DNA of 64,000 nucleotides, taken from contig JAKBSJ010000003.1 of assembly GCA_021844945.1 (NCBI GenBank), positions 98,770 through 162,769 of the forward strand, given 5' to 3'. Shown here piece after piece: positions 28,941-37,024 of this stretch; the stretch's first letter is position 1; each line of letters begins with the position of its first letter. The position numbers were made by a program, and so were the translations under genes. A model generated the notes under the pieces. The model was not told the DNA's origin. It searched no databases and saw nothing but the letters and a program-made list of their open reading frames with translations. Source of the DNA: Thermoplasmata archaeon (lineage in GTDB: Archaea; Thermoplasmatota; Thermoplasmata; Lutacidiplasmatales; UBA184).

Positions 28941-30205
28941 GCCTCGGCCGCGCCCGTCGGGACTTCCCGGCACTGAGGCGTCGTCGCGGAAAGCGTCCAC
29001 CGACCTATCTCGATTCGGCCTGCATCTCCCTCGTTCCGCGCGCGACCTTGAACGCCATGGAGGAGTACTATGCCGAGTACCCGGCGTGCGCCGGACGCAG
29101 CTTCCATCGATGGTCCGAGACCGTCGGCCGTCGGTACGAGGAGGCCCGCGAGGCAATCGCCCGCTTCGCGGGAGCCTCGGACCCCACCGGGCTCATCTTC
29201 CTACGGAACACCACCGAAGCGATCAACCTCGTCGGCCAAGGGCTCGCATGGAGGCGCGGCGAGCGGGTGCTGATCACCGGCCAGGAGCACAACTCGAACC
29301 TGATCGTATGGCAGCGGCTCGCCGCCGAACGGGGAATCCGCATCGAAGTGTTGGATCTTCCCGGGGACGGCCGCTTCCCGTCCGAAGAGCTGGAGGAGCG
29401 CCTCGCAGGCGGGGTCCGGTTGGTGAGCGTGTTCCATGCCTCGAACCTCGACGGACGAAGCCTTCCGATCCGCGAGATCGTCCAGCGCGCTCACGATCGC
29501 GGCGCGCTCTGCCTGTTCGATGGGGCCCAGTCGGCGCCGCATCGGGCGATCGATTTCGACCGGGTCGGCGCGGACTTCTACGCGTTCAGCGGGCACAAGA
29601 TGCTCGGTCCCACCGGAACAGGACTGCTGCTCGGTCGCCGAGAGCGCCTGGAAGAGCTCCGCCCGCTCGTCGTCGGCGGGGAGACCGTCGCCTGGAGCCG
29701 CTTGGACGCGCACGAACTACGTCCTCCCCCGTATCGGTTCGAGGCGGGCCTTCAGAACTATGCTGGGGTTCTCGGCGCCCGCGCGGGGATCGACTACCTC
29801 GTTGGCTGCGGACTTGCCGAGGTCGAAGCGCGGCAACGCGATCTCAACCGTTTCGTGACGCGCGCGCTCGCGGATGAGCCGAGGATCCACGTGCTCGGCC
29901 CGACGGACCCCGCCGATCGCCCGAGCATCTTTGGCTTCACGGTGGACGGCATCGATCCCCATGACGTCGCTCTGTTCCTCGACTCCGGCTACCAGGTCCT
30001 CGTCCGGTCGGGCATGCACTGCGTCCATTCCTGGTACGACCGCCGAGGGATCGCCGGCAGCGTGCGCGCGTCCTTCTACCTGTACAACGACCTCTACGAT
30101 GCGAGGGCCCTGGTACGCGGGCTGCACGAACTCCTCCGAAGGGTCCCGAGCGGGTCCTCCGCGAAGGTTCGGTCGCCGATCCGTTCGCGGACGGATCCGA
30201 GCTAG
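28937..30205 (+). CDS. Class-V aminotransferase / cysteine desulfurase-like
   Basis: YLDSA, PLP-Lys context FSGHKMLGPTG, and SufS-like C-terminal RSGMHCV. ATGA overlap with the preceding gene. Confidence 0.85.
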   Translation: MSLGRARRDFPALRRRRGKRPPTYLDSACISLVPRATLNAMEEYYAEYPACAGRSFHRWSETVGRRYEEAREAIARFAGASDPTGLIFLRNTTEAINLVGQGLAWRRGERVLITGQEHNSNLIVWQRLAAERGIRIEVLDLPGDGRFPSEELEERLAGGVRLVSVFHASNLDGRSLPIREIVQRAHDRGALCLFDGAQSAPHRAIDFDRVGADFYAFSGHKMLGPTGTGLLLGRRERLEELRPLVVGGETVAWSRLDAHELRPPPYRFEAGLQNYAGVLGARAGIDYLVGCGLAEVEARQRDLNRFVTRALADEPRIHVLGPTDPADRPSIFGFTVDGIDPHDVALFLDSGYQVLVRSGMHCVHSWYDRRGIAGSVRASFYLYNDLYDARALVRGLHELLRRVPSGSSAKVRSPIRSRTDPS

Positions 30206-30558
30206 AGCGCCTTCTCGGCGATCTGGCCCAGCTCGCTGCTCACCAGGCTGACGACCTGCTGGGAGATCATCCTCCGGACATCCTCGGGGAGGGTTGAGAC
30301 GCCCAGTCGAGCGGACAACGCGGCCACCCGCAGGATCGCGGCGTACTCGCGCGCGCGCGCTTCGAGCAGCTGGCGGATCGCATCGCGGAGTTCCTCGGCG
30401 AGCTTCGGGTCGTCGCGAAGCTTCTTCTCGATGTGGCGACGGATCTCGTCCTTGACGATGTCCCGGGTCGCCTCCCGCACGAGCTCTTCCGGGCGCAGGA
30501 GGTCCCGCGTGCTCCGGACGAGCAAGTCCAACGGCTCGGCCGTCGGATCCTCTGCCAT
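30202..30558 (-). CDS. Hypothetical small alpha-helical protein
   Basis: Charged helical ORF (KDEIRRHIEKKLRDDPKLAEELRDAIRQLLEARARE) with genome-typical codon bias. ATG 30558 or 30585 as start. The 3' end overlaps the convergent gene by 4 nt. Confidence 0.4.
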   Translation of the reverse strand: MAEDPTAEPLDLLVRSTRDLLRPEELVREATRDIVKDEIRRHIEKKLRDDPKLAEELRDAIRQLLEARAREYAAILRVAALSARLGVSTLPEDVRRMISQQVVSLVSSELGQIAEKAL

Positions 30559-30651
30559 CGGCGCCGGATGGGGTGCCGCGCGCATAAGCTTGCCGAGGAG
30601 CGCCGGCGCGCGCCCTCGGTGCGCCGCGTCGGCGCCGACCGGGCGCGAAGC

Positions 30652-30659
30652 GTTTATCC
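30652..30659 (+). promoter_or_regulatory. TATA-box-like element (gtttatcc) about 30 nt upstream of tRNA-Ala
   Basis: A/T-rich octamer in a GC-rich spacer at canonical archaeal distance from tRNA position 1 (30686). Confidence 0.4.
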
Positions 30660-30685
30660 TCGAGTTCGCGTGGCGCCCGAGGGTT

Positions 30686-30788
30686 GGGCCGGTAGATCAG
30701 CGGAAGATCGCTACCTTGGCAAGGTAGAGGTCGCGAGTTCAAAGGGGGACGCCCCGCGGGGCGCCCCCGGAAAGTCTCGCCCGGTCCA
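30686..30788 (+). tRNA. tRNA-Ala (anticodon GGC) with a roughly 31-nt intron in the T-loop
   Basis: Manual cloverleaf. Acceptor GGGCCGG/CCGGTCC (G3:U70), D stem GATC/GATC, anticodon stem CTACC/GGTAG, loop TTGGCAA, variable AGGTC, T stem GCGAG/CTCGC, discriminator A. The T-loop TTCAAA..T is split by 30744-30774. No encoded CCA. Confidence 0.85.
30744..30774 (+). other. Non-canonical tRNA intron (T-loop, between positions 59 and 60) of tRNA-Ala
   Basis: Removing GGGGGACGCCCCGCGGGGCGCCCCCGGAAAG restores the 7-nt loop TTCAAAT. The boundary could shift by 1 nt (60/61). Confidence 0.7.
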
Positions 30789-30842
30789 CTCCCAAGCGCC
30801 ATACGTCAACTGTCGACAGAGCCCATCGACACCAAGCACGAT

Positions 30843-30852
30843 GATTTATAGG
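30843..30852 (+). promoter_or_regulatory. TATA-box-like element (gatttatagg) about 26 nt upstream of GTG 30873; leaderless-type promoter
   Basis: Spacing and A/T content in an otherwise GC-rich spacer. Confidence 0.4.
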
Positions 30853-30872
30853 ACGGATTTTCTCGCGGGGCC

Positions 30873-31550
30873 GTGGAATCCGAGATTGAAGAGAAGATCG
30901 CCGGAGAGGTCGTCCTTTCCCCCCATCCGGGCCGCACCCTTCGCAAATGGCGGGAGGACTTCGGGGTTTCCCAGTTGGACCTCGCCCGTACGCTCGAGAC
31001 CGGGCCGAGCGTGATCAGCGACTACGAATCCGAACGGCGGGTGAGTCCCGGGGCGGCGTTTATCCGGCGCTACGTCCAAGGACTGCTCGCGGTCGACCGG
31101 ACGCACGGCGGACGCGTCGTCCAGCGGCTCGGCGCCCGACCTCACTCCGAAGGCATCCTGGCGATTCGAGAGTTCCGGGTGGCGGTCCCGCTGCGCGTCT
31201 TTGCCGACACGATCCATGCGAAACCGATCGGCTCGGTGGGGCTCGACCGGGACATTCATGGCTTCACCCTGCTTGACGCGTTGCGCGCGATCCTTTCGAT
31301 CGACGCATCCCGCTTCGTCGAGTTCTACGGTTGGACGACCCAACGCGCGCTCCTCTTCACGAACGTACGCTACGGCCGCAGCCCGATGGTGGCAATCCGA
31401 GCACACCCTCTCAAGCCCGCGGCCGTCGTCTTTCTGAGCCCCGGGCGCATCGATCCCCTCGCCGTACGGCTGAGCGAGGTCGAGGACATCCCGCTCCTTT
31501 CGACGGCCCTCACACCGGCAACGGTGGCCGAGCGCCTGGAGGAGATCTAG
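30873..31550 (+). CDS. XRE-type HTH transcriptional regulator with uncharacterised C-terminal domain
   Basis: The HTH segment [34 protein letters not shown] is followed by a roughly 150-aa domain. It lies directly upstream of the mevalonate-entry genes. Confidence 0.7.
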   Translation: MESEIEEKIAGEVVLSPHPGRTLRKWREDFGVSQLDLARTLETGPSVISDYESERRVSPGAAFIRRYVQGLLAVDRTHGGRVVQRLGARPHSEGILAIREFRVAVPLRVFADTIHAKPIGSVGLDRDIHGFTLLDALRAILSIDASRFVEFYGWTTQRALLFTNVRYGRSPMVAIRAHPLKPAAVVFLSPGRIDPLAVRLSEVEDIPLLSTALTPATVAERLEEI

Positions 31551-31570
31551 CACCGAGGACGGAAGCAACG

Positions 31571-32623
31571 ATGGAAGCAGGAATTGTCAGCTATGGCGCC
31601 TACGTGCCGCGCTACCGGATCACGCCCGCGGAGATTGGAAAGGTCTGGGGTATCGATGGCGTCGGGATGGGGAATAACCTCAACGTGCACCGAAAGAGCG
31701 TGCCGTCGCCCGACGAGGACACGATCACGATCTCAACGGAGGCATTGCGCCTCGCGCTCGCGCGGGGGGGGATCGACCCTCAGACGATCGGGGCCCTGTA
31801 CGTGGGCTCGGAGTCCCACCCGTACGCGGTCAAACCGACAGCCACGGTGGTCGCGCAGGCCGTGGGGGCGACCCCGTTCCTCACGGCGGCGGACTTCGAG
31901 TTTGCGTGCAAGGCGGGAACGGCCGCCATCCAGACCTGCCTCGGACTCGTCGGCGCCGGGATGATCCGCTACGGGGTGGCGATCGGCTCGGACACGAGTC
32001 AGGGGGCTCCGGGCGATGCGCTCGAGTACAGCGCCAGCGCGGGCGGCGCCGCCTTCGTGCTCGGACGCGAGCACGTGATCGCGAAGGTCCACCACACCGT
32101 CTCCTACACTACCGACACACCGGACTTCTGGCGCCGCGAGGGGCAGCGCTACCCGAGCCACGGGGGACGCTTCACGGGCGAACCGGCGTACTTCCGCCAT
32201 GTCACCGAGTGCGCCCAGAAGATCATGGAGGTCGCGGGCACCGAGGCGAAGAGCTACGCGCACGTTGTCTTCCACCAGCCGAACGGAAAGTTCCCCCAGC
32301 GGGTCGGCAAGACCCTCGGGTTCAACGAGACGCAGATGCGCTACGGCCTGGTGACCCCGTACATCGGCAACACCTATTCGGGCGCGGCCCTGATTGGGCT
32401 CGCCAACGTACTCGATCACGCCGGCCCGGGAGAACGCATCCTCGTTGTCGGCTACGGCTCGGGCGCGGGGTCGGATGCTTTCGATCTCGTGACCACCGAC
32501 GAACTCGGAACGTTCCCCCGCGACATGGGACGCCCGGTGCAGGAGTTCCTCGATAAGGGCCAAGAGATCCCCTACTCGATCTACGCGAAGTTCCGCGGCA
32601 AGATCCGCATGGGGGAGAACTAG
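31571..32623 (+). CDS. Hydroxymethylglutaryl-CoA synthase (archaeal type)
   Basis: [25 protein letters not shown], and catalytic Cys context FEFACKAGT. 350 aa from ATG 31571. Confidence 0.9.
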   Translation: MEAGIVSYGAYVPRYRITPAEIGKVWGIDGVGMGNNLNVHRKSVPSPDEDTITISTEALRLALARGGIDPQTIGALYVGSESHPYAVKPTATVVAQAVGATPFLTAADFEFACKAGTAAIQTCLGLVGAGMIRYGVAIGSDTSQGAPGDALEYSASAGGAAFVLGREHVIAKVHHTVSYTTDTPDFWRREGQRYPSHGGRFTGEPAYFRHVTECAQKIMEVAGTEAKSYAHVVFHQPNGKFPQRVGKTLGFNETQMRYGLVTPYIGNTYSGAALIGLANVLDHAGPGERILVVGYGSGAGSDAFDLVTTDELGTFPRDMGRPVQEFLDKGQEIPYSIYAKFRGKIRMGEN

Positions 32624-33796
32624 ATGCGGGACGTCGCGATCCTCGGCGCGGGGATGACCCGGTTCGGGGAGCTCTGGGACCGGTCGTTCCGCGAGATCGG
32701 AATCGAGGCCGGCCTCGGCGCCATGGTCGACGCGCGGGTGTCCAGCGCCCAGCTGGATGGCATCTACTTCGGCAACATGGCCGCCGGCTCGCTCATCGAG
32801 CAGGAGCACATCGCTCCGCTCATCCTCGACTACGCCGGGCTCGGCAGCCGTCACCTTCCGGCGATCCGGGTGGAGGGAGGGGGCGCCTCGGGCGCGCTCG
32901 CCCTCCACGAAGGGTTCCTCGCCGTCGCCAGCGGACTCTACGACATCGTGGTCGTCGGAGGCGCCGAGAAGATGACGGACGTGACGGACGAACGCGGTAG
33001 CGACATCGCGAGCGCGACGGCCGATCATGAGTGGGAGGTCGTCTTCGGGGCGACCCTTCCGTCGCTCTGGGGCATGATCGCGCGACGTCACATGCACGAG
33101 TTCGGCACGAAGCGCGAAGAGTTCGCCCAGGTGAGCGTCCACGACCACGAGATGGGCAGCAAGAACCCGAACGCGCACTACCGCAACCGGATCACGCTCC
33201 CGCAGGTGCTCGGCGCCGGACCGGTCGCGGAGCCGCTCGGCATGCTCGATTGCGCCCCGCTCTCGGACGGGGCCGCGGCGGTCGTGCTCGGGCCGCTCGA
33301 GATCGCGCGCAAGTACACCGATACCCCGATCCGGATCGCCGCGAGCCAGGTCGCGACCGATTCCATGGCGGTACAGCACCGGCGGGAGATCACGACGGTC
33401 GACGCCACGGTCGAGTCGGCACAGCGCGCCTTTCGCCTCGCGCGTCGGGCCCCGAGCGACGTCCAGGTCGCCGAGATCCATGACGCCTATTCGATCGCGG
33501 CCCTGGTTTCGCTCGAGGACCTCGGCTTCGTACCGAAGGGAAAGGGCGGTCCCGAGTTCGCGTCGGGCCGGTTCGCCCATGGCGGCGCCGGCCCAACGGT
33601 CAACACGTCCGGCGGACTGAAGTCGCAGGGCCGGCCGTTCGGCGCCGTGGGTATCGCCCAGGTGGTGGAGCTCGTCCGGCAGCTCCGCGGCGAGGCGAAG
33701 GACCGGCAAGTTTCCGGCGCGCAGCTCGGTCTGGCTCATGATCTCGGCGGCACCGGCGCGACGAGCGTCGTTCACCTCCTGGAGCGGGTGAACTAG
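32624..33796 (+). CDS. Acetoacetyl-CoA thiolase (archaeal type, HMGCS partner)
   Basis: Thiolase-like fold (ILGAGMTRFG, LDCAPLSDGAAA, GGLKSQGRPFGAVG). It starts 1 nt after the HMGCS stop. Confidence 0.88.
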   Translation: MRDVAILGAGMTRFGELWDRSFREIGIEAGLGAMVDARVSSAQLDGIYFGNMAAGSLIEQEHIAPLILDYAGLGSRHLPAIRVEGGGASGALALHEGFLAVASGLYDIVVVGGAEKMTDVTDERGSDIASATADHEWEVVFGATLPSLWGMIARRHMHEFGTKREEFAQVSVHDHEMGSKNPNAHYRNRITLPQVLGAGPVAEPLGMLDCAPLSDGAAAVVLGPLEIARKYTDTPIRIAASQVATDSMAVQHRREITTVDATVESAQRAFRLARRAPSDVQVAEIHDAYSIAALVSLEDLGFVPKGKGGPEFASGRFAHGGAGPTVNTSGGLKSQGRPFGAVGIAQVVELVRQLRGEAKDRQVSGAQLGLAHDLGGTGATSVVHLLERVN

Positions 33797-33806
33797 GAGG
33801 GCGACA

Positions 33807-34301
33807 ATGTCGATCGCTCGATTCTGGAGAGAGACGCCCCAGCGCTACAACCTCGGCGGATCGAAGTGCTCGGACTGCTCGACCGTCTACTTCCCCCCAC
33901 GTTCGGTGTGCCCGAACTGCTCGAGCCATCGCCGTTCGATCGGCCGCATGGTCCCGTTCCAGCTGTCGGGCGATGGGGAGGTCTTCTCCTACACCATCGT
34001 CCACGAGGCGGCGGAGGGGTTCGACATGCAAGTGCCCTACGTCCTCGCGCTCGTCAAGACCGTCGAAGGGCCCATGCTCACCGGTCAGGTCGTCGACATC
34101 GAGACCGGCGAGATCCGCATCGGCCTTCCGGTGCGCGCGATGTTCCGGAAGCTGCGCGAGGAGGGAAAGGCCGGGGTCATCCACTACGGGTACAAGTTCG
34201 CTCCGCGGGAGGAGGACCGGGCACCGGGCCCACCGCCGGGACAACGGGACGCGGCCCGCGCCGCGACCCCGACCGCGGAGCGGGGATCTACGGCGGCGTG
34301 A
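33807..34301 (+). CDS. DUF35 OB-fold / zinc-ribbon protein (thiolase-HMGCS scaffold family)
   Basis: Zinc ribbon CSDCSTVYFPPRSVCPNC followed by an OB fold (GEVFSYTIVH). It has a Pro/Ala-rich C-terminal tail. Confidence 0.85.
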   Translation: MSIARFWRETPQRYNLGGSKCSDCSTVYFPPRSVCPNCSSHRRSIGRMVPFQLSGDGEVFSYTIVHEAAEGFDMQVPYVLALVKTVEGPMLTGQVVDIETGEIRIGLPVRAMFRKLREEGKAGVIHYGYKFAPREEDRAPGPPPGQRDAARAATPTAERGSTAA

Positions 34302-35035
34302 GCGACGAAAGCCCTCCGCGCGACGAGCTTCGGTCCCCGGACGAGGAGTACGCCCGGAATTACACCGACGGCTACGCCGAAGGCGTCCGCAGCGCACTGC
34401 GCGAGATCCTGGCCTACGCGGCCCGCGGGCACACGATCGCCGAACTCCGCTACCTCGTCCAGAGTCGGCTCGCGCAGCTTCCGGACGAGGTCGATCACAA
34501 GCGCCGAACCCTGTTGGCGCTCCCACGGGGAGGATCGGCGTGGGGAAGCCCGACGCGTCCGCTCTCGCCCCCCCGGCCGTGGCAGGGTGTCGGCGGGACG
34601 GCCCGGGTCACCGCCGGCCGAACCTATCTGATCCGGGAAGCGAAGCCCCGCCGGGCGCTCGAGATGGTCGGGGACGCGGCCGCGTCCTTCCGGCGGATCA
34701 TCGCGATCTCAGCGAACCCACCGACCTTTCCGCGCGTGGACCCCGATCACGTCCGCACCTTCTCGCTCGCCGCGACGGGCGAGGGACCCTCGATCGAGTC
34801 TCTTGGCGGCGACGTCCGGGCCTTCCTGAACGAGAACCCGGAGACGGTCGTGTACTTCGATGGTCTCGAAGAGCTCCGCCTGAACATCGGCAGCGCGGCC
34901 ATGTTGCGGTTCGTGCAGTGGCTCGTCCAGGAGTCGCAGAACGCCCGCGGAGCCCTGGTCGCGGTCGTCCACCCCCAAACGCTCGACCCGAAGGAGCAGG
35001 CCGCACTCGAGCACTTCTTTCAAGTGCTCGCATAG
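34298..35035 (+). CDS. DUF835-domain protein with helical N-terminal region
   Basis: GTG 34298 overlaps the DUF35 stop (GTGA). The C-terminal roughly 140 aa follow the DUF835 pattern (GRTYLIRE...IIAIS...VVYFDGLEELRL...MLRFVQWL...ALVAVVHPQTLDP). Confidence 0.5.
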   Translation: MSDESPPRDELRSPDEEYARNYTDGYAEGVRSALREILAYAARGHTIAELRYLVQSRLAQLPDEVDHKRRTLLALPRGGSAWGSPTRPLSPPRPWQGVGGTARVTAGRTYLIREAKPRRALEMVGDAAASFRRIIAISANPPTFPRVDPDHVRTFSLAATGEGPSIESLGGDVRAFLNENPETVVYFDGLEELRLNIGSAAMLRFVQWLVQESQNARGALVAVVHPQTLDPKEQAALEHFFQVLA

Positions 35036-35050
35036 GCACTAGCTTCGCCG

Positions 35051-36250
35051 ATGCGGATCGCGTTCTTCACCGATTCCTACCTCCCGACGAAGGACGGAAC
35101 CGCGGTCGTCGTGGACGGGCTCGCACGCGCGCTGAACCGGCTCGGCCACCGGGTAGGGATCTACGCCCCGCGGTCCGACGCGGGTCCGACCGAGTTCCGC
35201 GACGAGGGAGGCATCGAGGTCGTTCGCGTGCGATCGCACGCCGTGCCCCTCTACCCGGTGTACCGTTGGCCCTACGCTCTCAGCCTCCTGCGGACGGTCC
35301 GAGCGCTACCGGCCGCCCGCGCGGCGGACGTCGTACACGTGCACACTCCCGGCCTCGTCGGTACGAGCGGCTTCTTCCTCGCACGCCGGACCGGCGTTCC
35401 TCTCGTCGGCACTTTCCATACCGACCTGAGCGCGATGGAGGAGAGCGTTCGAGCCAAGGCCGGGGTCCCGACGTTCTTCCGGCTCGCCAGCTGGTACAGC
35501 CTCGGCGTGTACTGGCGGTGCGACCGGGCCGTGGCGCCCACCTCGCTCGCCCGAGCGCGGATGGTCGAGACCGCGACGAAGCCGTTCGCGATCCCGATCG
35601 AGGTCGTGCCGAATGGGATCGATCTGGAACGCTACCGTCCCGGGATCGCCCAGCCGGATTGGCGGGCGCGATGCGGGCTCGAGGGCGGGGCGCTCATCAC
35701 CTACCTCGGCCGCCTCACGGCGGACAAAGGGGTCCATCGCTTCCTGGATGCCATCTCTTCGCTACGCGCAACCCACGACGTCCGCGCGATCGTCGCGGGG
35801 CGCGGCCCGGAGGAAGCGGCCCTGCGCGCTCGGCTCGCGCACGATCCGGAACTCGGAAGGTGCGTTCGCTACGTGGGGCCGGTCGTCGAGGAAGAGAAGC
35901 CCGCGCTTCTCGCCCAGAGCGACCTCTTCGTCCTCCCCTCGACCTCGGACACTTCGAGCGTCGCGCTCCTGGAGGCGATGGCGTGCGGAGCGGCGGTGGT
36001 CGGGCCGACCGAGGGGGGCCCTGCCGAAATCGTCTGCGACCGCGAGACCGGACGAAAGGCATCGATGCGGATCGATGGGGCACTGGGCGCGACGATCCGC
36101 GAGCTGCTGGACGACCCGGCCGAGCGCCGAGCGCTTGCCGATCGCGGCCAGAGGTTCGTCCGGGAGAACGCATCGATCGAGACGATGGCCGCGCGGTATG
36201 CGGCGATCTATACGGAGCTCGTGTCGGGTCGGACCGGCGGGGGCGCGTGA
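35051..36250 (+). CDS. Glycosyltransferase, GT4 family (GT-B fold)
   Basis: N-terminal MRIAFFTDSYLPTKDGTA, and a C-terminal domain with the E-x7-E-like region (PSTSDTSSVALLEAMACGAAVV). Confidence 0.88.
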   Translation: MRIAFFTDSYLPTKDGTAVVVDGLARALNRLGHRVGIYAPRSDAGPTEFRDEGGIEVVRVRSHAVPLYPVYRWPYALSLLRTVRALPAARAADVVHVHTPGLVGTSGFFLARRTGVPLVGTFHTDLSAMEESVRAKAGVPTFFRLASWYSLGVYWRCDRAVAPTSLARARMVETATKPFAIPIEVVPNGIDLERYRPGIAQPDWRARCGLEGGALITYLGRLTADKGVHRFLDAISSLRATHDVRAIVAGRGPEEAALRARLAHDPELGRCVRYVGPVVEEEKPALLAQSDLFVLPSTSDTSSVALLEAMACGAAVVGPTEGGPAEIVCDRETGRKASMRIDGALGATIRELLDDPAERRALADRGQRFVRENASIETMAARYAAIYTELVSGRTGGGA

Positions 36251-36262
36251 AGGGAGGGAAAG

Positions 36263-36369
36263 CGGGCCTGTCGGGAGTCTCCGGCCGGGGCGCATCCCGC
36301 CCCCGCCCTTTGAACCCGAGTTCGCTGGCTTAGAAGGCCAGTGCTTCGTCCGAGCTAAGCTACAGGCCC
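36263..36369 (-). tRNA. tRNA-Arg (anticodon TCT) with a roughly 32-nt intron in the T-loop
   Basis: Manual cloverleaf on the minus strand. Acceptor GGGCCTG/CAGGCCC, D stem GCTT/AAGC, anticodon stem CTGGC/GCCAG, loop CTTCTAA, variable CGAAC, T stem TCGGG/CCCGA, discriminator G. The T-loop TTCAAA..T is split by 36277-36308. Confidence 0.85.
36277..36308 (-). other. Non-canonical tRNA intron (T-loop, 59/60) of tRNA-Arg
   Basis: Removing GGGCGGGGGCGGGATGCGCCCCGGCCGGAGAC (minus strand) restores the T-loop TTCAAAT. Confidence 0.7.
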
Positions 36370-36392
36370 TCGGGGGCCATCGAGATCGGCTC

Positions 36393-36400
36393 CCTTAATG
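36393..36400 (-). promoter_or_regulatory. TATA-box-like element (minus strand cattaagg) about 28 nt upstream of tRNA-Arg, overlapping the DUF99 stop codon
   Basis: A/T-rich octamer at promoter distance from tRNA position 1 (36369). Confidence 0.3.
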
Positions 36401-36964
36401 CTTCGCGCGCGCCGGAGGCGCCGTTCGGGCCCGGGCCGACGCGATCAAATGCGCCAGCCGAAGGGGCTCGGGCCAATACCCTCGCCGGGTCGCCCGCGCC
36501 AGTAGCGCCCGTGCGTCCCGGCGGGTCGCCCCGACGACGCTCGCGCGGATCGGCAGCGCCCCCGTCGGCACGGGAAAGAGCCGGTGCGCTGCGAGCTTTC
36601 TCCATCGAGCCCGCCCGTCCCGCGGGAACCATTTCACCAGCGCACGATGGATCCGCCTCCGGTCGGGCTCTCGGCGGGTCACGCAAATGACCGGCAACCC
36701 CGTGGCACGGTGCAGGCGATCGAGATCCACGACATTGAACCCGCCGACCACCGTTCCGTCCAGGAGCACCGCGCGAAGGTCTTCCCCGTGGCCCGTGGCT
36801 CCGATGAGCTCGACGATCCGTTCCGTCGCATCGATGCCGTCGACCTCGACCGATCCGATGCGGACGGCCTCGACCTCGTTCGGGAGAGATACGACCACCG
36901 CGCAGATCGGCGCACGGCGGTCCGTGCGGCGGAACCGACCGTCGTCGACCGCCACCAGGCGCAC
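36395..36964 (-). CDS. DUF99 (UPF0215, endonuclease V-like fold) protein
   Basis: VRLVAVDDGRF..., VEVDGIDAT, LLDGTVVGGFNVVDL and GLPVICVTR follow the DUF99 pattern. GTG 36964 was chosen because the upstream part of the track ORF is Arg-rich and not protein-like. Confidence 0.65.
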   Translation of the reverse strand: MRLVAVDDGRFRRTDRRAPICAVVVSLPNEVEAVRIGSVEVDGIDATERIVELIGATGHGEDLRAVLLDGTVVGGFNVVDLDRLHRATGLPVICVTRREPDRRRIHRALVKWFPRDGRARWRKLAAHRLFPVPTGALPIRASVVGATRRDARALLARATRRGYWPEPLRLAHLIASARARTAPPARAKH

Positions 36965-37024
36965 GTGGGGCTTCGTGAGAGCGCGCCGTAAGGATATGAA
37001 GCGGGCCCGGGTCCCGGATGCGCG

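Noticed and set aside
31733-33775. 680-aa minus-strand ORF antisense to HMG-CoA synthase and thiolase
   Set aside because: The ORF is antisense to two strongly supported genes. Its composition (Arg/Glu/Asp/Gly runs) shows no recognisable family, and its third-position bias mirrors the sense genes.
33973-36333. 786-aa plus-strand ORF spanning the DUF35, DUF835 and glycosyltransferase genes
   Set aside because: The translation is a monotonous Arg/Pro/Gly/Ser string with no domain. It lies in an alternative frame of three genes that have clear family signatures. Long stop-free alternative frames are expected in GC-rich DNA.
30586-36400. Integrated element or genomic island at either tRNA gene
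   Set aside because: No integrase, no direct repeat of the tRNA 3' end and no change in composition next to either tRNA. The flanking genes are ordinary metabolic genes.
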